This document shows positions 61,785 through 64,000 of a stretch of DNA of 64,000 nucleotides, in pieces. How positions within the stretch are numbered: position 1 is the stretch's first letter; the number at the start of each line of letters is the position of its first letter. The translations under genes were made by a program, and so were the position numbers. The notes under the pieces were generated by a model. That model did no database searches and was not told the origin of the DNA. It was given only the letters and a program-made list of their open reading frames with translations. This DNA is from Candidatus Aceula lacicola (GTDB lineage: Bacteria > Omnitrophota > Gorgyraeia > Zapsychrales > Aceulaceae). The stretch spans positions 2,826 to 66,825 of the forward strand of contig JAVCCC010000028.1 of the NCBI GenBank assembly GCA_030765785.1. Direction: 5' to 3'.

Positions 61785-64000
61785 CTATCTCTTTCTTCTT
61801 TCCTTTATTGGCAAAAGAAAGGAAAAGGCGCTACCTTTTCCATGTTCAGATTCTACCCAAATCCTCCCACCATGACCTTCAACAATTTTCTTTGAAATAG
61901 CAAGACCCAGCCCTGTGCTTCCTGTTTTTCTTTCCTTGCCCTTCTTTAGCTGACCAAACGTTTGAAAAAGTCTATCAAAATCTTCTTCTTTGATTCCTTC
62001 TCCTTGATCGACGATAGAAATCTGAACGGTATTATGTTCATGCAATGTTTTCATAGTAATTGGCTTGCCACCTGCGTACTTAATAGCATTACTTAATAAG
62101 TTTGTCACAACTTGCGTAACGCGATCACGATCCATGCTCACCTTTGGAAGGCTACCATCTAAATCAAGCTTTAAATCAGCTCCTTCTTTCTGTGCCACTT
62201 TTTCCATAGTTTGAGCTACTTCCTCAACCAATAGATTAATGTCATCAGGCACGAAATCAAGAATCATTTGCTGAGCCTCCAATTTCTGAAAATCCAAAAC
62301 ATCGTTAATAAGGCGGGAAAGCCTGTCGACATTTCTCTTTGCGACAGATAAAAACTCTGCTTGATCCTTATTAATTTCCCCTGTAACGCCATCAGCGACA
62401 ATAGAAATACCTTCTTTAATGGCAGTCAAAGGGGTACGTAGTTCGTGAGAAACAACAGAGATAAATTCACTTTTCATGCGCATTGCATCTTTAGCTTTGT
62501 CTTCTGCTTGTTTACGCGCCGTGATGTCTTCTTTAACAGCTAAAAAATGCGTCATCTCTCCGTCGTCGCTTCTAACGGCTGAAATAGAGGCGGTTTCCCA
62601 GTACTCTTCGCCATCTTTCTTCTTATTACAAAATTCCCCTCGCCACTCATTGCCACCTCTGATTGTGTCCCACAGCTCTTTATAAAACTCTTGAGGTTGA
62701 TCTCCTGACTTTAAAATTCGCGGATTTTGCCCTAGGGCCTCTTCAATCGAATAGCCCGTAAGCTGACAAAACTTAGGATTCACGTACTCAATGTTTCCCT
62801 CTAAATCAGTAATAACAACCGTACTTGGACTTTGCTCAACAGCACGAGATAATTTTACAAGTTCATTCTGAAATTCTTTAATCTTTGTAATATCAGTTCC
62901 GACGCAAAGAATCTCACTTCTTTTTTCATCTTTTGAATCTGAAACCACCCTGTTAGACCATCTTACCCAAACACGTTGACCATCTTTGCAAATATTTTCA
63001 TTCTCATTAGATTCATACTTTACTGGATTCTCTAAAATATTTAAAACCATCTCGCTTAAATCGCGCCCAGAGGCATCTTGCTTAGACAAAACAGTTCCGA
63101 TGATATGCTTGCCTAAAACTTCGTCTTGCGTAAAACCAAAGAATTTTTCTGCATATTCATTAAAAAAAGTGATCTCACCTCGATCATTCAATCGCAAAAT
63201 AATACTATTTGCATTTTGAACTAAATGACGATATTTTTCTTCACTTTCAGATAAATCTTCCTCAGCCTTTTTTCTTTCTGTGATATCTTCAAAGCTTTCA
63301 ATGCCTCCTACCGTATTGCCATTAAAATCTCGAAGTAGGTCACAATTTTTTGCAATGATTCTGATTTGTCCATCTTTTCTTTTTATATAACATTCTCTGT
63401 TTGCAATAGGTTTTTTAAGGCTTCCTGAAAAAAGACCGCATGTTTCTGTGCAGGGATAGTCAGCAAACAAAAGGCACTGTTTCCCAATCACTTCTTCTGA
63501 TTTATACCCTGTCAGCTCTTCTGCTTTCTGGTTCCACTTCGTAACATTTCTATTGGTGTCAACCGTAAAAATCGCGCTCGGACTAAGTTCAAAAATCTGT
63601 TCAGCGGATTCTTTGGCCGCAACAATTTCTTCTTGAAACTTTTCTAATCGTTCTGTTTTATCAGAAAGCTCAGAATAAAGAGCCTTAATTGCATCATTTG
63701 TTTTTTCCAAACCCCAAGCTTTTTCTTTTAAAGCCTCTTGCGCTTCTTTGAGAACTTTTTCTGCTCTTTTATTCTGTGTAAAATTTCGAGCGATCGTAGA
63801 TGCCCCTATAACCTTACCGCCTTTGTCTAGAATCGGCGAAACGCTCAAAGAAACATCTATCATGCGACCGTCTTTACAGCGGCGAATGGTCTCCAGCCGT
63901 TCAACAGCCTCCCCTTTTTTTATTCTTTCTAAAATATTTTTTACTTCGTCCTTCCGATCATCAGGAATGAGCATGTTAATAGATTTTCCTTGAACCTCTT
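61785..64000 (-). CDS. Multi-PAS sensor histidine kinase, 5'-truncated by window end
   Basis: HisKA H-box [19 protein letters not shown] and HATPase ([11 protein letters not shown]). At least 3 PAS/PAC repeats. Frame stays open upstream of the track Met to position 64000, and the N-terminal part is mid-PAS, so the true start lies outside the window. Confidence 0.75.
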   Translation of the reverse strand, partial: EVQGKSINMLIPDDRKDEVKNILERIKKGEAVERLETIRRCKDGRMIDVSLSVSPILDKGGKVIGASTIARNFTQNKRAEKVLKEAQEALKEKAWGLEKTNDAIKALYSELSDKTERLEKFQEEIVAAKESAEQIFELSPSAIFTVDTNRNVTKWNQKAEELTGYKSEEVIGKQCLLFADYPCTETCGLFSGSLKKPIANRECYIKRKDGQIRIIAKNCDLLRDFNGNTVGGIESFEDITERKKAEEDLSESEEKYRHLVQNANSIILRLNDRGEITFFNEYAEKFFGFTQDEVLGKHIIGTVLSKQDASGRDLSEMVLNILENPVKYESNENENICKDGQRVWVRWSNRVVSDSKDEKRSEILCVGTDITKIKEFQNELVKLSRAVEQSPSTVVITDLEGNIEYVNPKFCQLTGYSIEEALGQNPRILKSGDQPQEFYKELWDTIRGGNEWRGEFCNKKKDGEEYWETASISAVRSDDGEMTHFLAVKEDITARKQAEDKAKDAMRMKSEFISVVSHELRTPLTAIKEGISIVADGVTGEINKDQAEFLSVAKRNVDRLSRLINDVLDFQKLEAQQMILDFVPDDINLLVEEVAQTMEKVAQKEGADLKLDLDGSLPKVSMDRDRVTQVVTNLLSNAIKYAGGKPITMKTLHEHNTVQISIVDQGEGIKEEDFDRLFQTFGQLKKGKERKTGSTGLGLAISKKIVEGHGGRIWVESEHGKGSAFSFLLPIKERRKR

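Overview
This is a gene-dense 64 kb chromosomal segment from a visibly AT-rich bacterium. Almost every gene lies on the minus strand. There is no rRNA, no CRISPR array, and no transposase or integrase that I can see. Two tRNAs are present (Glu-CUC, Leu-GAG), each followed by a hairpin plus U-tract terminator.

Left ~13 kb is one long co-directional run. It begins with a pyrimidine operon pyrR-pyrB-pyrC-(LOG-like)-(ICMT-like methyltransferase)-pyrK-(half-size TauE/SafE)-pyrD-pyrF, preceded by a PyrR-type attenuator leader. It continues directly into a V-type ATPase operon in a Chlamydia-like order: E, DUF2764, A, B, D, I (I is truncated at the window start).

The middle holds a YfhO-like membrane protein, rsmI, glmS, rpmA and a DsbA-like protein with a CPYS motif. 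A putative Zn-metallopeptidase, a Ddl-family ATP-grasp ligase and a DD-carboxypeptidase form a three-gene cassette divergent from uppP. A FIST protein, a GAF histidine kinase and a REC-GGDEF regulator form a three-gene signalling module. An orphan cysteine-rich protein carrying a prepilin-type (class III) signal peptide sits just downstream of rpe.

The right half is dominated by a contiguous nitrogen/glutamine block: pyrG, purF, carB, carA, gltD, gltB, nadE, a type III glutamine synthetase, glnK and amtB. It is headed by a GAF-GAF-ANTAR RNA-binding regulator with a sigma70-like promoter and a terminator-like leader. Further right are a lone REC, a VIT-like membrane protein, a DUF2148 protein, an LhgO-like oxidoreductase and a thiolase. 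A GH65 phosphorylase, a T6P-phosphatase-like HAD protein and a beta-PGM form a sugar-phosphorylase cluster. The window ends with a PG-binding lipoprotein, two single-domain REC proteins and a multi-PAS histidine kinase truncated at the window end.

A GC-rich palindromic 22-24 nt element occurs twice. All calls rest on recognising protein motifs in the supplied translations and reading the DNA by eye; no database searches were run.
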